A stretch of 63,395 nt of DNA, the filler included, from Collodictyon triciliatum (lineage: Eukaryota), in assembly GCA_043381765.1 (NCBI GenBank). It is 11 parts of 11 records of this genome, joined end to end, with 100 filler letters (N's around TTAATTAATTAA, not from the genome) between each part and the next. Parts side by side here need not be neighbours in the genome. Positions count along the whole stretch, not along the records: positions 37,897 to 43,682 come from JBHJMP010004951.1; positions 43,783 to 49,550 come from JBHJMP010004952.1; positions 49,651 to 55,416 come from JBHJMP010004953.1; positions 55,517 to 61,289 come from JBHJMP010004954.1; 7 more parts are not named here. The stretch is one strand, 5' to 3'. A program made the position numbers and the translations under genes. Shown here one piece after another: positions 40,178 through 59,044 of this stretch (position 1 is the first letter of the stretch; each line of letters starts with the position of its first letter). Below the pieces are notes generated by a model that saw nothing but the letters and a program-made list of their open reading frames with translations, did not search any database and was not told the origin of the DNA.

Positions 40178-40523
40178 CTAAGTGCCGGGGTGGTAATCGT
40201 TGTCGTTCGGGTCCTTCTTTTTTTTGGATGCTGATTCTTCCGATGTTGTCATATTGATATAAAAATGAAGAGACTTTAAATCTCCGGTATTTTTAAGAAT
40301 TTTAACTGTGCAATTCGGCTTTTGTGCCACGTGCACAGTGAAGTCACGGGAATTTTAATATAAACAGGATATATTGGTTCATTTTCAGAAGGGGTTTTAT
40401 AACGATTATTGGAAAAAAACTACTTTCTTTCTTAGACTTCGTTCGGCCGGATTTATGTCTCTTTGACTTTCCCTGCGAGTACGAACAATGTGGGTGTGAA
40501 TACCACAGAAAAAAAAACCAGAT

Positions 40524-40622
<99 letters not shown>

Positions 40623-42612
40623 TAAAGAAACGAAAAGAAAAAGGAGGAGTAGGTCATGTTGATTGATATCGAGTATCTCTATGTGCTAACATATCTTCAG
40701 TATTAGTGACCTAGTGGTTAACGATCCAAAACATATGAAAAGACCTTTTCTGATGGTTTTACACTGTGCTTCATAGGATTGGTGGCGATGTCCTTGAGAG
40801 TTCCGTACCCGGCGCTTGATGTTGGTTGGTGAGGAGACGGAGGTATTCCTACAGTGTTTGCAGGAAAAGATGTCGCCCCTATGAATAAATATATTCACAC
40901 TGTAAGTTCTCGGCGTGGTGTCCAGTTTTGATGAACGCATAATTTCTGGAAGTCGAATGATGTTTCACTTGGGATCAGCTGATTTTAATAGTGCCTCGAG
41001 TTGGCATTTTCTCATAATGTCTCTTTTACTAATTGAAAGGCGCTCCTTTGAATCGAATAAAGGGGGGAAAAAAAAAACTAATTGAAAGGCGCTTATATGT
41101 AAAATAATGCTGTAGTGAAATACCTTGTTCAAAGTTTTCTGGGGCTATATGTAAAGGCAAATAAAACGTCTCTTCGTCACTCTCAAATGCAGCTATCCTC
41201 TCAATAGTGACAACATCTACTTCGCTATCTTCATCTCTTCCGTCTTTATTTTTCTTCTTCTCTGTCTCTTCCAAGGTCTCCTAGGTTTATAAAAAAAATT
41301 ATGTAATTTTTCCCGACAGTTCTCATAAACAATAACCAATTTATACTTTATCAAACTCGTCCTCTCTTTCGATGTACTCTTCATTTTGGTCCAGCTTCTT
41401 GAAACCTGGTACAAACGCACTCCAGTTATCCTCATATACCCTAGACCAGATGTACAGGTGCCCACTATTCGAACATGTTACGAAGAGATACCGATGGGGA
41501 TGCCACTTTCATAATAATGAACCCATCAGAATATTAAACAGTGGCAGGTTAAGGAGTGAAGAGTCGCACATAGACGCACAATACATAATATTTGATGCAC
41601 AATTATATTTATTTTAAAATAAATTTGAGAAATTGTACTTTCAGATCAAATATCTCGTGGTTATAATGTTTCACTCCAAAAACACTTCCTTTGACGGTCC
41701 AGACTCGTAAATTCTGGTCTTTTCTTTTAGATGAACCTATTTTAAATAGAATAATGGAAGGTGCATTTATGTTGGGTGCAAATACACTAAATAGCCGACA
41801 ATTTAAAAATTACGCGTCACCTGCTAATACGTATTCCGAATCATGACTAAAGCAGCATGTTTTCCATTGGAGTCGTGTTACGTTATCCTAGTTGATCGAT
41901 CAGTATGAGTTTATCGAATAATAAAACTCTTCCTAAGAATATACTAAACATTACACAAGTAGGTTGCATTCAGCATGTATATATAATTACCTGGAAAATA
42001 GCATCAGGGGTACCAGAGTTCTTTTCGACAAGGTTCTTTGTTTTATAGAGACGAATCATTCCATCTCCTGAATTTACAAGAACAAGCCTTGAATCTTTGT
42101 TAAATGTGATCGATCGAATAGGTTGATTGCAAGGTTTGAAGTGGTGGATTAGATCCCCTGAGTCTGAAAAAACACAGACAACAGACCGCAGATTTCCGGC
42201 AAGTATATGTTCACCACTTTTTGTGAATGACGCAGAGCAGACATCCATTTTTGTTTGTTTCTTTTAAGAGCATACATATGAAAAAAATCAAATTAATAAT
42301 TGTAGTTATGGGAATGCTTAGTACAAGCAAATACTTTTTAAGAAAAAAATATGAGGGTAAACAAAAGAATAGAAAATCAATAATAAAAGATTAAAAAAAG
42401 AATACGGATGCTTCATCCTCGTTATCTGCCGGAAAATTCAGACAGCGGCGGATATTTCCTTTCAAATCAACCAACATAAGTCCGTCAACAGATGCTGAAG
42501 CAATTATTTTTGACCTATGAATTGTGCGGATGGTCTGTTGCAGTTGCTTGGGCTCATAAATATGACGAAGACATTGTTTTTTCCGTTTATTCGATTCAAA
42601 GATAACGAAGGC

Positions 42613-42687
<75 letters not shown>

Positions 42688-43314
42688 AGATTACAAGAGA
42701 TTCTAAAGTTATGTTTGAAATTCACAACCCAAAGCCAAATAATTATACAATTACTTTATTCAGAGTATGCTAGTAAGATATTTTAACATGGATATACAAA
42801 AATAAAGATGGATTAAAGTGGGGTAGTGACATTATTTGCCTCATAAGTACGGATTGCTCAGAATTGTAGAAGTGATATATGAGAGGATGATTTGGGCTAT
42901 GAAGGACTTACGGATCCTTTGGATGTATCTGAGCAAAAAATACGATAGAGGAAAACTCTATAACCGCCTCTTTTTTAGGCAATTCTAAGTCCCAAAGCAC
43001 AACCCGCCAATCGAGGGAGGCAGTTAATAGCTTCCTTCCGTCATATGACCAACTGCACCAGATAAAACCGAACATTGAATGCCAAAGAGCCTTTTAACAG
43101 GGAGAAATATGTATGTTATCGAAACAAACCTAACTGAAGTAACGGGTGATACATGTGCAATGAGTTCGCGACATATAGACTTTGTCTCAAAGTCAGCGAC
43201 AAAACAGCTTCCGTCATGTAGTCCGTATGCTATGTATTCGCCATGGTGGCTGAAGTCAAAACAAACAGCAAACTCAATGCCTGGAAATTGCTCTACGTGT
43301 TCTGGAAACTGCGT
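40178..43314 (-). CDS. RBBP5: COMPASS/SET1 WD40 subunit RBBP5/Swd1
   Basis: Spliced: FPEHVE, AHVSPVTSVSWSYDGRKLLTASLDWRVVLWDL, FQDNVTRLQWKTCCFSHDSEYV, NWSAFVPGFKKLDQNEEYIEREDEFD; first and last exons uncertain. Confidence 0.92.
41045..41076 (+). mobile_element. Family B micro-insertion, intronic
   Basis: CCTTTGAATCGAATAAAGGGGGG-A(n) with perfect 17-bp TSD ACTAATTGAAAGGCGCT at 41028-41044 and 41077-41093. Confidence 0.9.
42576..42601 (-). mobile_element. Family B micro-insertion, intronic
   Basis: CTTTGAATCGAATAAACGGAAAAAA on the - strand with 14-bp TSD AT(G/A)ACGAAG(A/G)CATT at 42562-42575 and 42602-42615. Confidence 0.8.
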
Positions 43315-44355
43315 CTGAGGTGCTAAGAGTTGTGCGCACGGAAGCTGTCAGTATACTTGTTGGACAGCAAAACTCGGGCAACAGGTATGTGTGATTTGGT
43401 TGATGTTGATGTTGATGTTGATGTTGATGTTGATGTTGATGTTGTCTTGGACTGGAGACAGAAGTGGTATTTGAGAGAAAAGATGAGTCGGGGTGAGCAA
43501 GAGACATGAAAAGGGAAAGAGAGAAGAGGGAAAGAAAGGAAAAAGGAAAAAGGGAAAAAAAGGAAAAAGGAAAAAGGAATAGGAATAGAAATAGAAATAG
43601 AAATAGAAATAGAAATAGAAATAGAAATAGAAATAGAAATAGAAATAGAAATAGAAATAGAAATAGAAATAGAAATAGAAATNNNNNNNNNNNNNNNNNN
43701 NNNNNNNNNNNNNNNNNNNNNNNNNNTTAATTAATTAANNNNNNNNNNNNNNNNNNNNNNNNNNNNNNNNNNNNNNNNNNNNCCCCCCGTCCCTTTTTTT
43801 TTTCTCATACTCGCGGGACACTATCACGCGTCCCCAAAAGAAATCCATGCGTCTCTTATCAAGCCTCAAGGACCTCTCTTTTCCCTTTTTTCTTCATTTT
43901 TCCCTGTTTTTCTTTTTCTATCTCCCACACATCACCACCTACTTTGGAACTACTTGCCTGATGGCTGAATGAAAGATTGTTGAGACGGGCTCAACAGCTA
44001 AGACTTTTAGAATAATAAAAAAATTGCAGACCAGAACAGGAAAAATGGTGTCAGACTGGTTCTCTGTGCAAGCATGACAAACGGTATTCCCAAACGAAAG
44101 AAAAAGAAAAAGATAAAAAAGATACACATCGAGATGAATTATCCGTGCAAAAGAAACGGAAGGACACTATGTTTTTTTTTTTTTTATTATCATCAAAGGC
44201 TTGGCTTTGATTATCTTTGCCTGCCAAGTGAAGAGGTTGCTAAATCCTCCCTGATGGCAAAAAGAATCAATATTGTTTTGGTTCTAGATAATGCGAGCTA
44301 AACTATGGACAGCGATGTAAATACATCATTTGGCCCTACGGACACGTATCAATTT

Positions 44356-47300
44356 TTAGGACAGCAGTCGTTGTTTCGACCGCCATGCGGCAATGGCGTC
44401 CTGTAAGTTATTTGTCGACATGAATATAATAACATATGGGCAGAGTAGGAGCAGTAAGTTCTTGTTCGAGACAATTCCAGGGTAAGAGCGACATGTGGTC
44501 GTTTAATTCAATTCAATTCAAGTTGTGGTTGTGGTTATGGTTGTGTTACACTCTGGTAAGAAAGGGAAAATATTGACATGGTGTTCAAATTACCAGATGG
44601 TCTACGTGCGACACGTCTCCGATAGTATCATGCACTACTTTGGGCTTCTTGCTAGAAAGTTTTTTCCTATTGTAAATAATAAGTCAAAGCAGTTAAGTGA
44701 ATGAAAGAACTGGGTGGTTGATAGTAAAGAGTGAGGTATTCGCTACGATTCTGTATTTGTTACTTTGTAATTTTATGTTATCAACTTTGAATCAAATACA
44801 GGACAAAATTTAGAATGATTTTTTTTGTCTTAACCTCGCGATTTCAAAATGAGTTTATTTTATTTTTCGGGTATTTTAGTATAAAATTTTATAATAATCG
44901 ATCGATCGAGCCTACTTGAATGGCTTTGCAAGAGTCTCATCTTGGCCTTCGTTCTGTGTCTTTTATTTTTTATAGGTGTAAAGAGGGAGAAAATTAGCAA
45001 AGAATAAAAGAGAAGGTCGAAGGTTTTTTTTTTTTTTAAAAAAAAAAGTCAGGAGAGCATGTATGCTGAGAGAGGAAACATTGTAATGCATGCTAGTGTC
45101 ACACGCATATAAAGAAACCATAAAAAGAAAAACCTTAATTGGTTGTTGGTTTGGAATATTTTCATTTCTGGGAGATAACGGGGCGATTGTTTCAATCAAA
45201 CCTAGTTGAGATGGAATCAAAAGATGTTAAGAAAATGAGCAAACGGTATTTACTGCTGTGTTTGGCATATTAGACAAGCTGGGAACATACATCCGTTGCC
45301 CTTGACCCCTTGATTTTCGGTATGCACTGCAATAGGGCTCTGTGGGTCTCTCCTTGGTTCATCCTAGAAAAATACAGCATTTGTTATGAAAGCACGGTGT
45401 TGCAGATTATTTCTCCTCTTCTTTCCTCCTTTTATCTTATTCAAGCATTGAATTGAATTACTATAATTATAATTTTATTTAATTTTTAAAAGAAAAGAGG
45501 AGGAATGTGGGTCCAGATACGCGCAAATCAAAGATAAATAATCTATATGAGCTTAGTAAACACCTCATAAACCGTAGGTTGAGACGGCTTTATCTTCAAC
45601 CCCTTCTCTTTCTTCTTTTTCTTGAGAGACTTTGAAGGAAGACTGTTAGGAGACTTCGAGCTGCTCTCATATTTTGATGGGGGGCTTAGCCTTTTTGAAG
45701 GTGGGGGACTCTCCTAGTGTAATCAAATGTATCATGATATTTAGTAACGTAGCAGTACTTTTTGAAGGCAATAATGGACCTTCTTCTTTTTTAAACATTC
45801 TTTTGTGAATAGAATAGATTGAATCTTGTTAAAACAGTAATGAGGGCAATTGTTTGTGCTAAACACGATTGTATGATAGGTGTTTTCTTAAGTCATAGCA
45901 ATCTTACCATGTCGTCAATCACAAGACTGAAAGAGTCGTTGGCAGATGTTTTCCTCTTCAGTTTCTAATAGTTTTTTTTTTAAAAAAAAAAAGGAAAAAA
46001 GAAATTTAATTTGCATCATGCATTCTTTCCGTATAGAAAGGCCAAATTTGACATTTCATTATATTGTTTATAACTCGGAGGTGTGGAAATAAACAAAATA
46101 ATTAATATACTGTGATTTTTCTCGCTTCCGCACTCGCAACTTTGTCTTGGTTGGCTCTGATTTTCAAGGGCTAGTTTCAGGATTTATTTGAGCCGATTAA
46201 TATTAAAAAAAATTGTAAGGAAACTTGAGAATAATAACCAGCTGGAACATCGTAAAAAATGGAATGAAATTTTAGAAAAATAGTATGTGAATTCAAGTTA
46301 GAAAATGGCTAACCGATGGATGTGGATTTTCATGGGGCACAACTATCGATGAGAACAATATAAAGTGAAAAAGTATTTAGAGGCATATGATATAATGTGG
46401 TGACATAGAAATATGGTTTTCGAGGACCAGCAGCAACGAAGCAGAGTCACACAAGGAAAAACGCTTTCTTTGAAGGTGAGAGCGGTACTTAAAATAATAT
46501 TTCTATAGTGAAAATTAAATAGATGCTTACGTACCTTCTGTGAGATTCGTCTCTGCCATTCGCAAATGAGTGGGCAATATCGACTTTGAGGTTTTCTCAA
46601 AGCTGATGCACAAGGCATCAGCGATTGAATCGCGAGGAGTTTTGCAGCTGGTTGACTGTGACCCAAAACTCCGGTTGTGAATTGGAGACAGTCCTTCAAT
46701 AGAACCAAGTCTGTGAGGCAGATTCGATAGCAAAGGTTTTTCCAATGTTACAGATGGATGACACACACTCTTCTTTGAGCTATCATTCGAAAGAGTTGCA
46801 AATTCATTTGTGCTCAGAATATTAATTGGATTCTCTTTATCTGCTTCGTGGATTGGTCCATTAGTTTGGTTGTCTTCTTCCTTTGGTGGTTCATCAGTGA
46901 CCTTATTTTTCTTCTTTTTCTTTTTCTTTTCACCCGACAATTTAGTTGGGATGCACTCTGATGTTTTAATGGCTTCGATATCGACATACTCGGTTGCTTC
47001 AACTTGGTTTAGTTGATTTAAACGGGCGAACTTGTCAAGTTTACTCTCGCGAGAGACAGGTTTCGATTTCTTTTTCTTCTTTGTCTGCGTTGTTTCGAAC
47101 AGATTATCCATCGAATTACATAGTGCTTGGTTGTCCTGATAAATGAATAATTGACTGTTCATTAAAGATGAAACATACAAACGTTCTGTGTGTGTATTCA
47201 TTCGTATGTGTAAAATGTTCAGAGAATAACTAAACCAAATATGTCGCAAAAAAAAAAAAGTAGAGCATTCGTCTGATGTCATTTAATTTAACGGAACTAG

Positions 47301-49280
47301 CTACCGCGTCAATCGCCTTCGGTACCTCCTCAGGAATATATTCATTGGAGGGAATGTTGAGCTCATCTACCTTTTCAAAGACTTTGGGATGATTGGGTCC
47401 CTGAGTGAGTTGATACTGGAGCATATACTATGGTAAAATTGTTGGATGTGCGGAGCGGTTAGGCAAAGTATCGGATGAAATTTAAAATGGCATATATCAA
47501 ACATATTATTATAATAGTCATGTAGTGGCACCAAGACATTTGAATTGTCGGTATCTTTTTCTTTTTCATTTACATTTTCTTCCAGAGTCTTTTCCAAAGT
47601 CTTTTTGAGTTCATCAGTCTCCCTCTGTCGACTTTCGTTCAAATCTTTCAAACGGGCCATTTCAATCCTGAGGAGAGATATATAACAATTACAATTTGGC
47701 AAATACTTTCAAAAAAATCCTACCAATATATATATATATATGCACTTATAAAAATGACACTTTTTTCTTTGAGAAAACAACAAAGATAATACAGGGTGTT
47801 CTTCAGTTTCATATCCGACTCCAACATGGCAGCCTTAAATCGAGCCTGAATGCCATCCTGGTCATTTCTCAGTCTCTGAATTTCCTGTGAAATAAGACAT
47901 TAAGTCTAACTTTGATTGATTAAAGATGATATGTATGGTAGGAAATGAAAATATGAGCTGATTAGTGGGATATTTAGGTTACCCCAGTCAATCATCTTAA
48001 TAGGCGAATAAGAACGCGATTTAATAAAAATTGCAAGGATTATTTCGAAAAAAATATTTTTTCGAATCCAATTGAAACTGCTCGGCACTAAAAGAGAGAA
48101 AAGTACTCACAGCAAACATCTCATTGATTCTCTGATCTTCTTCTGAGTTTGCTGTGTCTACATTCTAAAATTGATTGTAACTTAGTGGCTGACGTAGAGG
48201 AAGACATCTAGTACGCTTATGTCTATCAATAAAGTTAAATGATGTTTCGAAATGGCCATTGCGTTTCGAGATAAATTATGTAAAAATATGCTTTTGCGCA
48301 AAGATTTAATTTAGTGGAAACATGTAATCTCCATGTCTGGTTTACATTTAAAACAGGACAGCCGTTGTCCGTCGCGTAGTTTACATTAGCAAACTGAGAA
48401 AAAAAACAATTACGTTGGCATACCAAAGTTGATAAGGATGGTACAAGTTGCCAATGTTCCATTAGTAAGTTTTGTGTCATACAGAGAAAGAAAATTAAAT
48501 AGTACCATAGACTCCGGTACCAGCTTCTTGAGTTGGTCGATTTCGATTTTCTGGAGAATTATTGTTGATGTTTTGGTTTTCATATCTTTCTTCAGCTAAA
48601 AAAGGAAAGAAAAAGAAAGAGTAAAGTCAGTATTAATTGATATGCGAGAAATAATATGTTACTCAAAATATACTGCAGTTTATATTATAGCATCCATATT
48701 TTTGAGACATACATTGTGGTGGATTTCTTCCAGTATTTTATTTCTCTCATACAGTCTTCGATATGCCTGGCGCAGAGCAGTAATTTCTACAAATAAAGGG
48801 AAAATGCAAATACGGAAGAACAAATATGAATTTAAGTTGACTAATTTAGAATTCAAGTAAACAAGTCAAAAATGGTGGAAGTAGGATTACTCTTTGGCAT
48901 CGAACCAAATAAGCTATTCGCAGATGCTTTTTGAAGGAAATCAAGCCTTTTTCGATAGGAGGTTTCCATGAATAGAATCTAAAGTCGTGTAATAGATCAG
49001 AACTGTTGGTACTGTGAGCCAAATAAAAGGAAAAAAAACTGAAATGATTGGTAGCTAAACAAAAGTTGATTAAGCAGCGTATTCGGAATTTGTATCGTGG
49101 GCATATGCATTCATCTGTAATAAATCATGTTAATTAAAATATGAATAAATAAAATACCTCGCTTTCAATCTGTTTTTTATAAATTGATTCTATCTCTTTC
49201 AACTTTGTAGATAATTCGATGGAAGCTTCAAATCGAATGTCATCTTCCATGTCGTGTAATTGCTCCTCAAGTTCAGTTAT
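44356..49280 (-). CDS. Multi-exon coiled-coil/low-complexity hypothetical protein, 3' part
   Basis: Exons such as ITELEEQLHDMEDDIRFEASIELSTKLKEIE, IEMARLKDLNESRQRETDELKK and a long exon at about 46533-47136. Confidence 0.55.
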
Positions 49281-49837
49281 CTACGGTCAAGAATAATTTG
49301 TTTGGTCAATAACATGGCATTTGCGAAGATAGAGGAGGGAATGGGTTATGCATGATCCACCCACTCCAAAAAAAAAAATTGTTCTTTGTATTTTATTCTC
49401 TCGAATTTTTCTATTTGTTTTCTTCTGATTATCCAACTATTTTTCTTTTTTTATCTTTTATCTTTTATCTTTTATCTTTTATCTTTTATCTTTTATCTTT
49501 TATCTTTTATCTTTTATCTTTTATCTTTTATCTTTTATCTTTTATCTTTTNNNNNNNNNNNNNNNNNNNNNNNNNNNNNNNNNNNNNNNNNNNNTTAATT
49601 AATTAANNNNNNNNNNNNNNNNNNNNNNNNNNNNNNNNNNNNNNNNNNNNAAGAAAAAGAAAAAGAAAAAGAAAAAGAAAAAGAAAAAGAAAAAGAAAAA
49701 GAAAAAGAAAAAGAAAAAGAAAAAGAAAAAGAAAAAGAAAAAGAGAAAATCAACAAAAATGATTTATTAAATATACAAAATAGTGGATATTTCAATGAAG
49801 CAGTATTGAGTGGTTGCGTAAAGGAACAAAAAGAAAC

Positions 49838-55166
<5,329 letters not shown>

Positions 55167-55601
55167 TCAATGGAAACAATTGATGATGAAGAAAAACAAA
55201 AAACAAAAACAAAAACAAAAACAAAAACAAAAAACAAAAACAAAAACAAAAACAAAAACAAAAACAAAAACAAAACCAAAACCAAAAGGAAAAGGAAAAG
55301 GAAAAGGAAAAGGAATTGGAAAAGGAAAATGAAAATGAAAATGAAAAGGAAAAGGAAAAGGAAAAGGAAAAGGAAAAGGAAAAGGAAAAGGAAAAGGAAA
55401 AGGAAAAGGAAAAGGANNNNNNNNNNNNNNNNNNNNNNNNNNNNNNNNNNNNNNNNNNNNTTAATTAATTAANNNNNNNNNNNNNNNNNNNNNNNNNNNN
55501 NNNNNNNNNNNNNNNNGGATAATTTGACATGAAATTTGGAACATCGGATGTCACGACTCGAGCCGTCATATTAACTATTAAATTTGAGAAAAAGTACTTA
55601 C

Positions 55602-56904
55602 TGCTTGTCATCTTTAAATAATGCAAAAAATATTGGGTCAGCTATAATGGGATAAAAACCAACCGAGATTGATTATGACAAGTTCATTTGATTTTTTGGA
55701 AAGACCAAAGTCATATGAACCCCCAAAGACATAAAGGTCGTGCTTGTAAACTGATATTGCCGCATAGTAAGTTGATGCCACGTTTGCAAATTCCACAGGC
55801 TCTTGCCATTCATACGTTGCTAGTTTTATTTTCGTTAGTTTTGAATGATTTAAGTAGGTAATTCGTTGATGTTGAATATTGGCAAAGAGTACTTAGGTTA
55901 AAAACCCATAGTGTAGGTGAGAAATAATAATATATATCGCATCCTCCAAAAGTTACGATGGAATCCTCATAAGTTGTCATTTGTGTGTAAGAAAGCAAGG
56001 GAGAAAATATCTCTTTTTTCAAATTTGGTTTGATTTTTTTCCAAGAGCTTGTTTCTAAAGATAATTTTGTTAATTCCTTTAATTAAAAAACAGCTTGACT
56101 AAACTTGCAAAAAATTATTATTATTAAAAGAAAATTGTCATACTGATATTGAATTCCCATAAATCTGAAACAGGATTTCCATCGTAACCTCCAAGAATGT
56201 AAAGCCTATGTTGATACGAAGCGCAAGCCATTTCCATGATGGGTTTTGGTTTGTTTTTTGATGCATAAAACACTTTCTTCCATTCAAAGCTGTGTAAGTT
56301 GAGGGAGAACATTTCGTTTGAAGCAACTGCACCCTCCCATGTGATTCCGCCAAATATGTAAATCTAAAAGAAAACCGTCAAATATTTGGGTTTTATAATT
56401 AAAGGGATAAGTTAACCTCATAGTCATAAAACCCCTCCCTTGAATATAAAGGAAAAAAGATAACCTCATCGCCCACTAGGTAAGCGCAATAGTATGTCCT
56501 CCTTTCAGGAATATTTCCAAAAGTCTTCACCCAGGACCATTCCAATGATGCTAATTTCGATTATATAGATTGATTTTTATCAAAACTACAAATAATTTAT
56601 TAATTTTGAATTTACAATAGAATGTTGCAATTACCCGTGTTTAGCATCCACACTCTGTCAAAACGAGGTGCTGGGTCGTCATACTCATTATTTTGACTAC
56701 AGAAGACGATAACATTGAATCAGAATGATTCCATGAAATGAATATGCATAATCTAAAAAGATAAGCGAATAAAATATCAAACTCGTCGCCCAAAAGGTAT
56801 ATTGTTTCATTCCTCGAAACTGTGTAGGCGCTTCGAAAAGGATTGGGAGCCATAGAAGAGTACTCCCATTCCACTTTTAATAAACGATTAAAATTATTTC
56901 TCAT
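55602..56904 (-). CDS. Kelch-repeat protein (unit 2; 3' end missing)
   Basis: IYIFGG, LYILGGYDGNPVSDLWEFNI, IVTFGG and LYVFGGSY kelch blades in spliced exons. Confidence 0.8.
56426..56460 (+). mobile_element. Degenerate family B insertion beside a splice donor
   Basis: CCCTTGAATATAAAGGAAAAAA between TAACCTCATAGTC (56413-56425) and TAACCTCATCGCC (56461-56473). Confidence 0.6.
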
Positions 56905-57048
56905 AATTGACTTTCCACAACGCTTACTTTTTTTTATTCAAAAGCATGGTTTTATATTGAATAAGAGAGGAATAAAATAAATGAATATTTAAAATAAAAA
57001 CCTGATAGTATGAAAACCACCGAAATTGGTATTGAAAAGAAGATTATC

Positions 57049-58555
57049 TTAATCGATCTTCGGCACAAATCGACAAACTTTCGAGGCTTTATCATGACGA
57101 GCTGCTAAATCTCTCGAATAAAAAAAGTATATTTTCATAATTGTTACTGCGCACTTACTCTTGCTGTATGAATTGATTTTCCCTGTTATTCTTTTTTCTT
57201 TTCTTTTTCTTTTCTTTTTCTTTTCTTTTTCTTTTCTTTTTCTTTTNNNNNNNNNNTTCTTTTTCTTTTCTTTTTCTTTTCTTTTTCTTTTTCTTTTCTT
57301 TTTCTTTTCTTTTTCTTTTCTTTTTCTTTTTCTTTTTCTGTCTTTCTTTGTCTTTTTTTTTGTCTTTTTCTTTTTCTTTTCTTTTTTTTTAAAAAAAAAA
57401 CTCATGGCATACTTGTGTTGTATCTCCACATTCCAGCAACCATGTTGAAATTGGGGTCAGATCCCGATACAAATGCGATTACATCTTGGTATCTAACAAG
57501 CTGTGTGTAGCTAACTGGAGGATACCCAACTCGTTTCTGGGACATTCTTGACCAAATACGTGAATCTAAAGAATTTTCATGTGAAACTTGAAGTTTTCAT
57601 TCAATAAAATGAACACACATCTAAATAATGAACGCTGTGGCTGATGACCTTAATCTATTGAAAACCTAATATTATTCTGCCATACTTATGAAAACAAACC
57701 AAAGTTAAACCTCCAGAATTCATTTTTAAAGCCTGCGCTATATCCGCCAAAGACATAGAAGTTTCCATTATGTCCAATGCATTTCATTGTATCCCTCGGG
57801 AATATTGGAATTGTACCGGGTGCCTCGGAGATCCGGACCCAATTATAATATGTCAAATCCAGAGAATAGAAATCGTTCGTATTCTGTGTCCCACCTATCA
57901 CTCCTCCCCCGAAGATATAGAGCTATTAAAATGATTTGAATTTGAATCGCATGGTTCTACAATATGCGATAATGAATGTTAGCATCGTGTAAAAAGAATG
58001 CGTGGTGGTAAAATTGGAAAAGTACAAAAGGAAACAAAACAAAACATTGAGAATAATAGGCAATAAACATCGTCATGTGCACCTTTCCTTCATATGCCTC
58101 TCCACAATAAAGCAGATGTCGTTGTGGGATATCCCCCTTAGTAGAAGTCCATGTCCAATCGAGTGTAGCTTTTTTCAAAAATAATAATAATGTGAATATG
58201 ATTGAATAAAAATCTCTCACATGAGTACAAAAGCGATGACGAAAAAGTATGAATTCAAAAGTTTACTTGGATTTATCATCCACACGCGGTCGTATGTCGG
58301 GTATGGATTGTCGTACTCGTAATTGTCGCTTTGTGGATAACGTTGTGTTAATAATGCCCTTACGCATGAAAGGAAGAATTAAATCATGTCCTTATGCGAT
58401 TTGCAAAAGTGATATTTTATGTTTTATTCTTCCTTTCAAAAGGGATGGTTTATCTAAAGACTAACGAATCGCCCAGCATATAAATGATGTTATTCCATGT
58501 GACGGAGGCAGTGTAGTGGGTCTCGAGCGGGTTGTTTGATGCGTAGCGCCAATCT
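57049..58555 (-). CDS. Kelch-repeat protein (unit 1; may be the same gene as unit 2)
   Basis: IIYMLG, TLDWTW, LYIFGGG..NTNDFYSLDL and FYVFGGYSAGFKNEFWRFNF. Confidence 0.78.
58422..58439 (-). mobile_element. Minimal family A remnant, intronic
   Basis: TTGAAAGGAAGAATAAAA on the - strand, identical to the LINE terminus; imperfect flanking CAAAAG(T/G)GAT. Confidence 0.45.
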
Positions 58556-59010
58556 AGGTATAATATATGATTAAATATCTGAACTTATATGTGTTTGGAA
58601 ATAGGGGTCATGCATGCGATTGCCTCTTATGATGGAATACGGCGACATAAAGTACATTTGAATCAGTATGAGACTCCTAATGTTTATAATTTTTATATAT
58701 TGCTATTGGTGTTCATGACATTGTAGACCCAATCATTCCCGGCGTATGTGAATTATAAAGTATCCACCTCATCCCCTGCAATCCCCGCGATTTACGCAAC
58801 ATATATGCGTTCAAGAAAACCATTTGGTTGGGTAAAAATAAAAAATAGCACACCTCCTAACTTAGACTCTGACTCTGTCACAGAGCAGATCAAACAGAAA
58901 ATAACGAGGAGCAGGCCACCTAGGTTACCAAGTGGATGCATCTCTTCCTCAAAGCGACTCTTTTTTTCTTCTTCCTTGTCTTGCTGCTAGTCTAAGTTTA
59001 GATTGGAGAT

Positions 59011-59044
59011 TCCTGCACAAAATTGATAGGAAGAATAAAAAAAA
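59011..59044 (+). mobile_element. Family A micro-insertion
   Basis: TCCTGCACAAAATTGATAGGAAGAATA(n) with perfect 17-bp TSD AAGTTTAGATTGGAGAT at 58994-59010 and 59045-59061. Confidence 0.92.
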
